DNA from: the human T2T-CHM13v2.0 reference genome, Homo sapiens
Strand: one strand, 5' to 3'
Assembly: GCF_009914755.1 (NCBI RefSeq)
Contig: NC_060935.1
DNA: 64,000 nt
Positions 15,945 to 31,030 of this stretch are shown here, piece after piece; position 1 is the stretch's first letter, and the number at the start of each line of letters is the position of its first letter. The notes under the pieces were generated by a model. It was not told the origin of the DNA, searched no databases, and worked only from the letters and a program-made list of their open reading frames with translations. The position numbers and the translations under genes are program-made.

Positions 15945-17215
15945 AATAGAAAGATAACTGGAAGATACCAAAATGCAAGAAGACTAAGCACCACACTTAT
16001 AAACACACGGATCAAAGAAGAAATATTGAGAATTTTTAAATATTTTGAACCGAATAAAAATGAAACACAGATTATCAAAATGTGTTTGATGCAGCAAAAT
16101 AATAACATATCCTTAATATATATGCATCTAACAAGAGCACATCAAGATACACGAGACAGAAACTAATAGAACTACAAGGAGAAAGATACAAATTTACTAT
16201 GAGAATTGGAGACTTCAACACCACTCTACTAAAAAAGGACAATTTTAGCGGGCAGAAAAATAAAGAATTTAGTTGAACTCAACAACATCATCAATCAACT
16301 GACTATAATCAACATCTATAGATGACTTCATCAAACAAGAGCATAATACATCCTTCTCAAGCTCACATGGAAGAGTCTCTAAGATAGACAACATTCTGGA
16401 CCATAAAACACACTTTAACAAATTAAAAATAATAGAAGCTATACAATGTCTGTTCTTAGACTATAATAGAATTAAGCTAGAAATCAAACATAGAAAGATA
16501 ACTTGAAGATACCAAAATATAAAATTAAACCACATACTATTAAGTAATACCTGCATCAAAGAAGGAATCTTGAGAGAATTTTAAAAATATTTTGAACTAA
16601 ATAAAAATGAAGCACAGCATCGAAATTTGTGGGATGCAGCAAAAACAGTACTTAGAAACTTGTAACATTGAATGCTTACATTAGAAAGGAAGAAAGATCT
16701 AAAAGTATCATCTAAGCTTCCAATTTAGGAAACTAAAAAAGAGTTGACCAATATATAAGCAGAGTAAGCAGAAGAAAATAAATAATGAGGATTAGAGCAA
16801 AAATCAATGAAACTGAAAAGCAAATATAGAAAATCAAAACCAAAATTGGTTCATGAAAGTATGAATAAAATCAATGAGCCTCTAGCCAGGCTAACTGAGA
16901 AAAATACTAAAGAGGACCACAAATTACTAATGTAAGAAATGATAGAGGAGGCATAACTACAGATTTCATGGACATGAAAATAATAAAGGAATACTACAAA
17001 CAACACTATTCTTACAAATTTCATAACCTAGATAAAATGTATCAATTCTTTGAAAAATGCAATTTGCAAAAACTAACACAAAAAGAAATAGATAATCTAA
17101 ATAGATGGTATCTATTAAGGAAATGGAAGATTAATAACCTTCTAAAACGAAACACAACAGGCCCAGATGAGTTCATTATTGAATTCTACAAATGTTTAAA
17201 GAATAAGTTATACCA
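15945..17215 (+). mobile_element. Old L1M ORF2 fragment (EN/linker) containing a duplicated segment
   Basis: EN motifs (aatatatatgcatctaac; ggagacttcaacacc; aagatagacaacattctgg); ORF 16968-17243 is ORF2-like (IIKEYYKQ..NLDKM..GPDEF..EFY). Confidence 0.8.
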
Positions 17216-17564
<349 letters not shown>

Positions 17565-19529
17565 TCATTTACTAAAAGAACAGTCACCTCTAAATTATCT
17601 GATTTTCTGAATTATATAATTAAGTATACAGGAAATAGTTTAAAAAAACTGAGATGCCTTGATTCTTTGTTCTTTAAAATATATGTTTTTAAAGTATATG
17701 TGTTGTGTGTGTGTGTCTTTACTTCAAAACAATTAATGTAGTCATTAAAATATTGATACTTTGAAGGTTGAACAGCTTTTGAAATTAAAAAAAGGAAGTA
17801 TTTATAAGATAATAGTAAGCAAGAAGTGACAAATGATAAAATATAATAGTTATTATATATAAAAGTATTAAAATAATACTTAAGATATAATAAATACTTA
17901 AATTAGAAATTCAAAAAATGTTATTTAGGAAAAAATAGGATTGACTGAAGAATCAAAATTGCTCCTGTTCCCTTTGGGACAGAAAGCTTAATCTGAGTGG
18001 AAAGAGCGAGTTGTAGTTTTGTTGTTACATATAAAGACATTACATCTTACCTTGGGAAGGAACAGAAATCTGGCCAGATAACCACTTGGTTCCTTTCTTC
18101 CAGTCATCAGCAAATTGCTATTAAATTTCAATTGTGGGTAACCATATACCGTGGTTATGTGTTGGCTATTGATGATACAAAAACAAAACACAATGCCTCC
18201 CCTGAAATAGCTTATACTAATGGAGTGACAGACATATAAAGAAAAAATTATAATGTAATATGATAATGTTATCTTCAGTCAGGGTTAACATAAATCCAGC
18301 CCTTTCCCTGGCCTATATCAGACATCGGTGGCCATGCTGGAAACTTGTTCTGTTCCTTATACATCTGCAGGACCTCATAGTCCTTCACAACATTGTCCTC
18401 CAAGCTGCTGCTACCAGTTATTCAGTGTTGGCATGTGAGCTGAAGTCTGTTTGCCAACGATGGTATGTTCTTATTTCAGGTGTTTAGAAAAGTCTGCTCA
18501 GAAAGCGAAGTGCTTCTTCCTAAAATTGTTGAGGAAAACAATTTGGTAACAAAACATTTTTACTATTGATTCTCCTTTTTTTCAATTTGCTTGTAGTTGA
18601 GTAAATAATAGATGAGACTTAGACAGACAAGGCAGCATAAATACCAGCTTCGTAAGATCAGCCCTTTGCAACTGGAGCAAATTTCCTTGTTAATGAGGGA
18701 TTTATACGAAGCAAGTTGAGACATAAATGACTGAATGAGCAGTTCCTTACTCTATTTCCTGAGTGATCTGTTACATTACATTTAACCTCATGCTCTGAGA
18801 CTGAAATGTTTTCCTCTCAAAAGCTACACCACCATTGCCAATGTTCTTCACTCCATTTAGCATTTTGGAGTGCTTGACACCATCAGTGCTTGGCACTATT
18901 CAATATTTTCCTCATAACCATCCTTAGTTGCAAAAAATCCAGAAATGATCTTCACAGGCTCATTAAGGTGAAGTAAGTAAATGTAGTACTGAGGCAGGGC
19001 TGAGAGTGTCTACTGTTTCTGTGTTGCTGTCTGCTGTGTGGTTCTAGAAGTACAGGAAGTGTGTGATAATCTGGGTGGGGCCCAGGTTGCAGGTCATGCT
19101 TAGATATGTACCCAGAAAAACAATGCTTCTAGCTTTGTGTAGGTTGTCCTCCTTGCTCATATTTATTACATGGCTGAAAATATAATTTGTGATTGGAAGA
19201 ATCATTTAAGTATTCTACTTTTCATGTACTGAGTGCGCAAAAACTTTAGGGACTCTAAGAGTATAGCAAAAAATTTGAAGATCAATTAATCTAGGATGCC
19301 AGAGAATTGAAGGGAAAAAGTGCCTGGGAAATACTAGGTGCTCAATAAATTTTCACTGGCTATATAAATAAGAATGCAATTGCAGCATGAACTCAGTTTG
19401 TTTTCCCTAAGGGCTAATATTCAAAATCACTCACTCATCAATAGTAAGTCAATTGTGAACAAATGAACTTATTTTCTGTATTGATTTTAACAACACGACA
19501 TTTTATAATTAAGAAAAACCTATACAGAA

Positions 19530-19716
19530 CAGTCATTCTCAAATGTTGCTTACACACCAGATAGATCAGAATCACATGGGGGAATTTTTAACAATCTGTA
19601 ATCCTGGATCATACTCCCTACACATTTGAACTAAATGGATATAAGGTTGAGCCAAGTTCTCTGAATTTTTAAAAACTAACTACAAAATTCTAATCTGTTG
19701 CAAGATTGGGAACCAA
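19530..19716. mobile_element. MER5A-like hAT-Charlie MITE
   Basis: Termini 'cagtcattctcaaa' and 'ttgggaacca', internal 'tcagaatcacatgggggaatttt'. Confidence 0.6.
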
Positions 19717-20814
19717 TTAGTGAAGTTAGTTTAATTTTAGAGTTTTACCTCCATGACCCAAATATTACAAACTTTCTGGACATCCTATCAGTTCACTCTT
19801 AAGTTAGTTTCATCAACCATACAAGCCTATTTGGACAGAAAGCAAAACTTATCAAAACCCTTTGGTGCAAACTAACTCTTTTCCCAAGCTATATAGAGAT
19901 AATTAGATTTACTTTTTTAAAAATAAAAGCCCTTTTTTCAAGTCAGTGAAGGAAAAGGGGAGCAAAGATTTACATCAGAATTTAAATGGAATGCTTAATA
20001 GAAAATGGTCCACTAAGAGTTTCATAAATCACAAAATAAAGTATATCATAATACTAAAGTGTTTTGAGCTTAAAAGTAAGTTATGTTAATTAAATAGGTT
20101 AATAATAAGTCTCCTCCTTACAACAATGATTGTGTCAAACATTTTTAAAAAGTTATCGAAAGCCGTGTTTTAGAATCATTTAAGTGCTTGGTTATTTTAA
20201 TGTGACATTAACTAAGTTGATATTTTCTACTGGTTATTTAATGGATCTCTAGATTTTCCTTTGGACACAGTTTTATTATATTGACTGGCAAGTATAAATA
20301 ATTAATTGATAACAGGGAACTGGGCATGGGAAAAATAAAAGGGACAAGGATATTTAAAAATGAGTATATGTATTTACAAGACATCCTATAGAGAGGTAAC
20401 ATGAGTTTTAGCAAAATACATTTGCCATGCTAGGAGGATGGAGCCATGAATTACACATAAGGCGCTTATGCATAGAGTTTAGAATGTACTGCCTGGATTC
20501 ATTATACTATCATGAAGTCACTATGATCAGAATTTTTTTTTATTCTCTCAAGCAGGAGGTGAGGTTGAGATTCACTCACTTCTTTCTGTATGCTAAAGTG
20601 GAATCTTGCTCAATGAAAATGCACAGAGTATAAAGAACATATTTCTATCACTTGACATTACTGTTTCTTGATGTGGAGTGATGAGATTTTCCAAGTGGAA
20701 GTTAAACAGAAAAACAAACAAACAAACAAACATTGTATTCTGCCCTCGTCTCGTGTAACAGTCAGGATTCAGTCAGGAAAAGAAAAATCCACGTATAATG
20801 TTCAAATAAAAAGA

Positions 20815-21132
20815 GGCCAGGAGCGGTGGCTCAGGCCTGTAATCCCAACACTTTGGGAGGCTGAGGCGGGCAGATCACCTGAGGTCAGGAGTTTGAGACC
20901 AGCCTGGCCAACATGGTGAAAACCCATCTCTACTAAAAATACAAAAATTAGCCGGGCTTGGCGGTGCGAGCCTGTAATCGCAGCTACTGGAGAGACTGAG
21001 GCAGGAGAATCTCTTGAACCTGGGAGGTGGAGGTTTCAGTGAGCCGAGATTGTGCCATTGCACTCCAACCTGGGTGACAAGAGCAAGAGTCTGTCTAAAA
21101 ACAAAAACAAAACAAACAAACAAACAAGAAAA
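20815..21132 (+). mobile_element. AluS-type SINE with (AAAC)n tail
   Basis: Full dimer ggccagg..gtctaaaa followed by AAAC repeats. Confidence 0.92.
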
Positions 21133-21784
21133 CATTGCATTGGAAGGGCTAGTGGAGTGGTCAGGAAGGCGCTCCACTGTCAGTCTCTGTGATAGAATCG
21201 GGATGTTGCTATTCCCAACCAGATTATGGAAGTCTAGTTTAGAAGGACCTATAGTACTGAGAAACGTGAGATTCATGCAGAAGACCCAGAAGCTAATGCA
21301 AAAAGCTGATGCGGGCTTGATAAAATCTATGGCTATCTACCATTGCCACATCAGGAAATCTACTTTCCCTTTAGCAATCCAAATCTTGCGTGTGTCTCTT
21401 TTGTTGGTAAACTCTAAGCTAAAATTCTGCATAGGGAAATTCTAGACAATCTAATTCCCAGGCTTCCAGTCCCTGGTGTACAGGGAACTACCATAAAGCG
21501 ATAGGAATGATCCAGAATGTGGAAAAATCTGACACAGCTCTCTTCTTTGGTATTAAGAACAAGAACTTTTATGCACTTTTGCTACAAACTTCTCTCTTCT
21601 AAGAATCATTCAAGAATAAATAATTATTGACTCTCTGTGGAGCTAGATATGTTTAAGACACAATTACACTGTTGGATGACTTCTATATAAAATTTCATCT
21701 ATGGTACAAAGCAGGTTTAATAAGGGAGCATTTTGAGAGAAAATAATTAAACATGAGGAAAACCATGAACTTTAAAGACCAGAG

Positions 21785-22290
21785 TTTATTAGTTTGCTTG
21801 GTCTACCATAAAAAAACACACAAACAAAAAACCCACAAACTGAGTGGCCTAAATTGAAGAAATTTATTTTCTTACTGTCTGGAGTCTGGAAGTTGGAGGT
21901 CAAGTTGTCCACGTGATTATTTTCTTGTGAGGACTGTAGGGATAATCTGTTCTGCATCTCTCTTGGCTTCTGGTGATTTGCAGGCAATCTTTGTCATTCT
22001 TTGGCCTATAGGCACAACACCCCAATGCCTATCATCACGTTCACATGGCATTCTCCTTATGTCTCTTCACACCGTATTTCATCCACCTGTCAGTCTGTCT
22101 CTATGTCTAAACTTCCCCTTTGTTCAGATACCAAATGTAATGGACTAAGGGCCCACCCTACTCCAGCATGACTTCTCTTAACTGATTACATTTATAAACA
22201 CCCTATTTCCAAATAAGACCACTTTCTGAGAAAGAGGATGATAGGGCTGAAACCGGAATTTTTGCCAGGGGACCCAATTTAACCTGTTAC
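21785..22290 (-). mobile_element. MLT1C-like MaLR LTR
   Basis: 'ccacaaactgagtggcctaaa..aatttattttcttactgtctggag..ccctatttccaaataagacc..ggacccaatttaacc..aca'. Confidence 0.8.
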
Positions 22291-24094
22291 ACTGAGTTTG
22301 AATTTCAGTTCCACTATTTATTAATATGCAAAAACACTTCACATTCCATAGCTTCATTATTCCCCACATGAATAATAACTATTTCATTTCAAAGGGTTTT
22401 ATGAGAATAAATAAGAACACATTAGAATTTTTTTGCATTATCTGTCAGAGCAGGTGTCAACTAAATATGAGGGTTTTATTTTTGTTTTCCATTTTTAATA
22501 ACAATTCAACTGAAACAACTGAACTGGGCCATAAAAGGTAGCTATGTTGTCAATAGCAGAGAGATTGAGGAGGAGGAAGCATAGCTTATCTAAGCCATTC
22601 TAGGTTTATACTCTGAGTTTAAATTAATGAATGATTTAGTTTTTACTCTATCAGCTAAGGTGGGGGGATCTAAGAGAGAGCCCGCTGTTGATAGATTTGG
22701 CCATATTTTCTTTTCTAACAAATGTTGTGTCACCTTTCTTTAGACCAGAATCCCAATTTTTTAATTAACATAAATTTGAAAGGTGAAATTTAATAAATAT
22801 TAGTAGAAAGATTATCATGCTATAAAATAGAAAATAATCGTTCTATAAATAAAGAATTTAGGCTGTTTATTACATGGAAAAATGCTGAAAATTTAAAATG
22901 TAAGCATGCTTACATTTAACATTTTCCAAGCTCCACTCTATTTTAATAAAAATAATTGTCAAAACATAAAAATGTTCATTATTCCCTAGAAAACAACTCC
23001 TTTATAATTCATAAAATTATAAATATAGAGAAATAAAATTATAAACTTTTTATACTTTTCTTTTGATAGCCTAGATAAGTTTTTAGATTGAATTTATTGA
23101 CATGTAGACAACAGTAGTTTTCCAAAGGATGAAATTAGCATTTATAGTCAGATATTTGTTTTTTAAAGAAAATTATACATTTTAATAAATGGATTAATTT
23201 TGTTAGCATTTATATAAATCAAATATTTAAAACATTGAATTATTATAAGCAAGTACATTTCAGAATAACAAGACTGATTTAAGTAATGGCTTGGAAATTG
23301 ATGCAAGGATTTGCAAATCAACTCTGTAACCCTAAAGAAGAAGAATGAAAATGGTAATAAATGATATTTATTGATTGCTTTCAACAAGCTTCACATTACC
23401 CTAAACATTTACATGTATTACTTCAAATGAAAGCACTATAAATTCTCTTTTGGGCTCTGTAACCTGTAACAAATTTCAACTCTTTGAAACTGAGTTTCTC
23501 ATTTGCAAAACAGACTGACTTAATGACTCTTTCCAATGTATCCTGGGCTTATATCCTCTCTTCTGCCTTTATTATGATTCTAGGCAAATATTTTCATTCT
23601 TTCATTATGTTCTTATACTCTCTTTTTAAAATTCAATTTAACATATGCCAATTATAGCACTTAGCACATGATACTGTATTGTATCTCTTTGCATACTATT
23701 TTTCTTCAGTAGACAATATGCTGCCCAAAACCACAAAGTCCCTTCCACAATAAGCACCTCATATATGTTTATTCTTGGTTTTTCTTTGAGCTGCTCTCAA
23801 CTTGCTTGGTAGGCAACTCTGGGTCTGCTTTGAATCTTTCCTCTTCCCCAACACAATGGTCTTTTTTTCCTGAATTCTTTTATTAGTAGCATAATCTGGC
23901 CATCAGAATAGGAGTTATTTTTTGAATCAACAATAATTTCAATTTCTTATCCATCTATTGAAAATATGGTATGTACAACACAAAGGTCTACATGCTGTCA
24001 GTGAAATTCAGTGAGACATAAATTCATCCTCAAGCTCTGTACCTTTTCTATGCATTGTAAATAATGTATCTACCAAGCAATAAATTAATCTACA

Positions 24095-24290
24095 TTATGT
24101 ACTTACAATGTGTCAGGCTGCTCCTATCACCATCTTTCAGGCTACAGTGTGCTAATGTTATAAACACAGCACATTGGCACCATTTTATAGATGAGGAATT
24201 TGAGATTTAAGTAGGTAATCCATGATTTCAGTGCTAGTAAGTACACTAGAGCCACAATATCTGACTCCAGAGTTGCACTTTCAACTTTCC
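24095..24290 (-). mobile_element. MIR
   Basis: 'ccattttatagatgaggaatttgag..tctgactccagag'. Confidence 0.65.
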
Positions 24291-26318
24291 TACAACATGT
24301 CCTCCCCAAGGTGAAGGAAGAATGTATCAATTGCCACAGCTGATATATAATTAATAGCTCTGAGAAAGAACAGAAATAATGGATAAAAGTAAGGGAAAAT
24401 AGTCTATAGCATTAGTAACATGATGTAAATTAAAATATTTCTATCAATAAATCTGTCCATCTATTTCAATCTACATCTATATGTGTATGTATATTTGTAA
24501 TATATGTGTACACAAACATATATATGCAGATTTGCAGATTTACATAATGGATAAGAAGAGTTTCAGAAATAATTCTTAGGTAGATTTAAATCCTGCTTCT
24601 TCCTCTTAATAACTGATTTTGGCACTCTAGGAATGATAATAGAACCTGGCTTCTGAAGTCATCACTTCAGAAGGTGATTATTATCACGTTAAGTGAGATA
24701 ATGTATATAAAGTGCTTGGCATAGTCATAGATACATATTCAGAGCTCAGTAAATGTTTGTGGAATAAATGAGTGCATGACCATATTCTAGATAGTTTGCT
24801 CTATAGGTATCCTAAAAAATATTTTTTTCTGTTTGTATTTATGTATTTTTGAAATTGAATATCCGATGCTTTTTAAATGAAAGAATAAAATTATATTTAC
24901 ATATCTGAATTTTTATATGAAGCTGAAGTTTAGTTCTAGCTCTGTGAATTGGGCAACTATTTATAAATGGGAAGTATTTCAGAAGGCCTTTGAACAGGCA
25001 CAGATCAAAGTAGGAAGATTCTTCCATGTGGAAGGATATTTGAATGAGTCAACCAAGGCAGGGATGTGAGTAAGTTCAGGCAAGGACAGTTCATGTAATG
25101 TAACAGTAGTAAACAGGATACTGGTGAGTGCTTGAGGCTCTGGCGAAAAGATGGGATGGAGACAGAATATTAAGATCATAGAATGCTGTGATTTATGATC
25201 GATAAATGCTATCTTAAAACTGAATCTAGTCTCGATCTTGAAGCAAAAGACAATGTTATGAGAAGAAGCTGTAAAATGAGCAAATTACATGCACAAAGAA
25301 GGAAACTTCTCTTTGCTAGATGTTGAGACTCCCTTACCATCCTCACTTTCTTTGCTGCTGTCTCAGGTTTGCTCTGCTCCAAGTGAACAACTCCTGTTCT
25401 GCCACTGATCCGGTTTTCTTGTGCTGGACTTAATTTTCTTACTGTTGTCATTCATATTAAAGGTTTTCTGCAGTTGTTCATCTGATTGGTTTCATCACAG
25501 TTGGAGAACTATGTTTTTCTCAAAGAAAGCCTTTGGTATAGGAGGTTAATAATGAGTGTTGTCCTGGCAAAATGACATCAGGACAACGAATGCCCCAGGA
25601 ACAAATGCAGAAGCTGTGTCTCTAACCTGTTCTGTGCATCTACTTTAAAGTACTATCAGGGAAAACAAACTTTAAAAGATTGTCAACTAGAGTACTTCAG
25701 TGTTTGGAATTTTTTAATTATTGATTGAGTGTATATTATTTTCACAATTGTTATAAAATATTTTTTAAGATTCAGAGAGGAAAAGAGAGGAATAATTGGC
25801 AGAATCCCAATTAAATAATAATTAATTAACATGCATATATCAGAAAATGATCAGGAAATTTCAACTTATATCCTTCTTGAATATCTTGACCATTTAAGTG
25901 CTCTTTAACTTATTAGTGGCACAAACAACTCAGAAATTCAAAACCGATCAGGTGGTATAAAACTAAAGTTTAAGGGAAATGGGATTATTTATGCAGAAGA
26001 AAAAATGATTTATTTTAACAAATGGTTCTCAAAAATTTAAGTAGAAGAGACTCGGTAGGGATCATCAATTTTCCATTGATGGATTCCATTTCCAATGAAA
26101 ACCTTGATGTGCTATGATTTATTCCTCCTAGAAGATGTACTCAGGGAACAAAGATGAATGTGGCATACATTCATTCACACAGTCATACCCTGGCCATGAA
26201 GAATTCAAATTTAGAGAATTGTATATGAAACATTACATTATACTGTATGAAATATTACATATAGTGAAGATGAATTTCAGTCTTGGATATGTCTATTTTG
26301 ATATGTTTAGAATTGGCT

Positions 26319-26647
<329 letters not shown>

Positions 26648-28227
26648 TTAACCAAATCTCCAATAGTATAGAAACATTCTATATACACTGCTACTTGTTG
26701 CATTCTACTTAGAAAAAGAAGTCATTCTTGGTACGTCTAAACTGAAAATTCTCAGTAATTTTTTGGATTTTTCAGAGTGACTGTATTCCTAGGTTCATCA
26801 GAAAAAGTATTAATCCTCTAGGTTTATATTGTATATTTCTGAGGAAAAAACACAAAGAAAGCAATAACACTTTCTCAATATGTACTTGGGCACTGTCGAG
26901 CACTGTGCTAGATCTGTAAGTCATTGTATACATGACGTAATTTTCAGAGTAATCTCAAGAGGTAGATCTTGCTATCACTACTTTGTAAGTGATGGAGGGC
27001 AGAATCTGAATGTGGTCTCCAGTGTGGTTGTAGCATTAGTCATAAAAAAGGCCTGCTGCAAAGATAATGGAGCAAATATGGAAAGACTCTGCTTGTTCTC
27101 AGGCATGCATTTCTCATTTGGCATCATTAGGAATGGTTCTTACAACCTTCATCTGGCAACCACTGCACTAAAATTGCCAAATAATTGTTTTATACTAATT
27201 GAAACACTAATTTTAAGTTCATATGAAAGGTGTTTGAACTACTAAGGTCATTGCAATAAGTATTCATGAGTTGAGATGTAAATTCAAATTTTTAAAAGTC
27301 TCATTCCATAAAGCCTGACCTCACAGAAAATAAATTGGCTTTTTGCAATGCTTTATGTCAAAAGGTCAGTTCCTAAGGAACCAATCCTGGCCACAAATAC
27401 AGGGCTTGAATCCTGTTTCATCTCATGTCATTGGCGAAGCTGGTGCTACTTCCAACTCTGAATTCTTACCTAAAGTCAGTGGTTTACCATGACATATTGC
27501 TATTTCATTCTGGGAAATCTCTAATAAAAGTCATATTAACCTATGGATATTATGGTTCTTTTCATAACTATTGGTGGAAATACTTACAATTCTAGTATGT
27601 AACACTTACTTTTCCCCTGGGTGCCCTTGTAACAAAGCAACTACAGGTCTACATGCCTATTACTTAATACAGAACTGGAATCAAATCAATATTCACAGCC
27701 CACCCTTAATATCCGTGTTGCCTCTCAAATGTTCATGCTATATTCCAGTGGATCATTTCTTCTGGTGTCAATGAATTTTATGAAATACTTAATCATTGGA
27801 TTCATAAGTCCAGGTGAAGCACCACAGAGTATGTTTACAAAATGGCAATAGGCATGCGCATGTATATCTTTTTTTGTTAACACCTTTGTTGACTTTGTGG
27901 TTTGGCAAAGGTGACCAACCCTGCTTTTATTCTCTATCACCTTACATACACTCATGTAATTCTAACTTCTTTTTATTCCCTAAAAGTATTCACTTAAATA
28001 TATATTTCAATGTTTCAGCTAGGCCTTTCCCTTATAAATTGCATCTTTGTTCTAATGGTGATCACCTGAATAGTAACAGGATTCTAAATAAAATGAGTGG
28101 CAGCTATAAATGTAATGGGTTTTTTCTTACTAATTCTTTCTAAGCTAAAAACCAAATCATATATTATCTGAGTATTTCTCTTTCATTTTTTATGATCATA
28201 ATTTTTACATAAATTACTTAAGATTTC

Positions 28228-28569
<342 letters not shown>

Positions 28570-30469
28570 CTAAAGCCTTGTTACAATAATTTGAACTTTG
28601 TAAATCTATTTATCTCCATTTAGAGTTAAATAGATTAATTTGCTTGCTTTAAACAGTAAAATAAAAACAGGAGAAATAGAGGTTACATTTACAATGCAAA
28701 ATACAATTTAAAAGAAAAGTGGACTGTTGTGGTTTATCTTAAAATAAGCAGTGAGGTAGGAGATTACATCTCCCCCGGCCAAAAAAGAAAACTTTTGAAC
28801 TTCATTAATAACTGAACATCCAATCAGCATTCCTACTCTGGGAACAGCTCTACAAGTACTCAAGCTATGTGGAAGAGCTGAAGACAACTGCTTGACTGTT
28901 TTTCATTTGTTCTTGCCAAGAAAAAAAAAAATAAGTCAATAACACGTAGTTGTTTTAAAACAACCTAGTGATTTTCACTTGAAAAGTAGAGATTTTACTT
29001 GGATTAGACTTTTAAAATGAATGAGTTGAGGACATAGTAGAGAAACATTAAAATCAAAGTGAAACATCTTCATGTTTCTTCTAAGCACTGTTCTAGGCAC
29101 TTTTGATAATACATAAACAGACTGTGTGCATTCAGGGATTATCTAATTGAGAGTAAGCAAGATATAATTTACTATAATGTAACTAGTAATGTTTTAAAAG
29201 TGCAAACAATTATGTAGGAAATAACATTTTTAATTATTAACTAAAATGAACAGACAACAGAAGTGGAAGAAATCCCCTTGAGAAATATATCAGGCAACTT
29301 AATTCATCTATTGACTGCTTACTGTTTTTGTTAAAAAAAAAACACAAGATCAAATAATATTTTAAGAAGCAAATTACATTTGAACAATTTTCTTTCCCCA
29401 GGGAGAGGGTGTTTATTTAAAAAATAAAGAATTACAGAATTTTAAAGGTTAGAAATGTTAATTAAAATAACCATAGTAAGAAAAAAAGGAAAAAACAAAA
29501 TAAAGATGAAATACCCTTAAAGGTGCCATTAAACATATCCTACCCAATCAAACTCTATATTAACAAGTTATTATTTGTTAGTACTGATGAGATGGAAGTG
29601 ATAGAGTGAGCAAAACTCCACAAGTAGGAGAAAGAAGAAAGTATGAAATAATAAACTTTAATCAGGAAAAAAAGCAAATAAAATATTCTTCCAGTTGATG
29701 TCTTAAGATCAGCACATTTGAGTTCTATTTCTTGATAACTCTGAGCTTTTTACTGGAGAAAATACTTAAGAGGCTGTTATGATTTAAGTTTAAAAGAAGA
29801 AATCTTCACGAAGCATATAAAGTCAGCTAAAACATAACACATTATGTGAGATGCCCTGTTACAAGTTACCCTGTTATGAGTTGCCTAGGTAAAGAATTCA
29901 ATCTTCTTAACAGTACTATGAAAGAGGACTGTCCCCCCATTCTCCATTATACTATACAATATAATGATAAATCAAGTACAAAGTAAAAGAAAGTCTGTGA
30001 TTTTTCTAAAGTTAATTTCTTGTTTGAGCTCCCAGAATTCTGAGATAATCATAATTAAACACTCTCTTCAACTTTATATTCTAGATAGCTTGATTATTAG
30101 TAATTAGAATTTTGATTGAATAACTGGGAGAAAGTGTGCAGGGCCAGACACCTTAAATCTCCCATTAAGCAGATTATTAGTAATCAAGCTATCTGGAATA
30201 TTTGGCCCAAAAGGCACTCCTGTGAGAAAATGTTAGAATCTAACATTGCTCTTCCTTGGAGAGAATCTTGCTAGGATACTATAAGCTATAAACTGCTTTG
30301 AATTTATTATTTCTATCTTTTCCCATGACGATTATTGGAAGGTCTCGGATAATAATAGTTATTGTCATCCTACACATACATAGCATAGGATTTTTGTAAT
30401 ATAAAATTTTTGAATGCATAGTACATTAGGCATTGTGCTACAATGTGCCAAGAATGCAAAAGCAGGGAA

Positions 30470-31030
30470 ATTTGCAGGCGGAATTTTAAGATGGCCCCAG
30501 AGGTGTCTGGCCCTGCACACTTTCTCCCAGTTATTCAATCAAAATTCTAACATACATGTTTCTGTGAAGGAATTTTGTGGATGTAATTATGGTTCAAGTC
30601 TGTTGGCTTTAATGTCAGAAGATTATCTTGGTGAGTCTGACTTAATCACATAAGCCTTTTAAATCTTGGTTTAAAAGTCAGAGAGAGGGATTTCACAAAT
30701 TTCAAGCAGAAATGAATGCTGGCTTGAAGTTGGAAGAGACATGTGGTAAGGAATTCTGGTGGCCTCTAGGAACTGAAAGAGGACCATAAATGACAGCCAG
30801 TGAAGATATTGATACTTCAGTCCTACAACTGAATTCTAATAACAAGAAAAAGCTCAGAAGTGGATTTTTCTTCAAAGCCTCCAAATGAGAACTCAGTCTG
30901 GCAGACACTGATTTCAGTTTTGTATTACCCTGATCAGGAAGCCTATCCATTCTGTTTCAGAATTCTGAATTACATAAAAATAAATGGGTTTTGTTTTAAA
31001 CTGCAAAATTTGTGACAACTTGTAATGCAA
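30470..31030 (+). mobile_element. MLT1E-like MaLR LTR
   Basis: 'aagatggcccc..gattatcttggtgag..ggcctctaggaactgaa..cttcagtcctacaac..aataaatgggttttgttttaaac'. Confidence 0.75.

Noticed and set aside
20875-21445. 133-aa and 143-aa ORFs (and similar ORFs at 9496, 17276, 26410, 36445, 53446, 56783, 58129)
   Set aside because: Typical Alu-derived spurious frames.
20755-21540. Possible very old ERVL/MaLR-type LTR around the Alu at 20815
   Set aside because: Only vague motif resemblance; family and ends cannot be defined by eye.
24650-24672. Short inverted repeats (ttctgaagt..acttcagaa; also tgaatagt..actattca at 43681-43701)
   Set aside because: 8-9-bp stems are expected by chance in 64 kb of AT-rich DNA.
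26880-28143. 121-aa, 76-aa and 109-aa ORFs in unique sequence
   Set aside because: No recognisable domain or consistent exon structure; lengths are compatible with chance.
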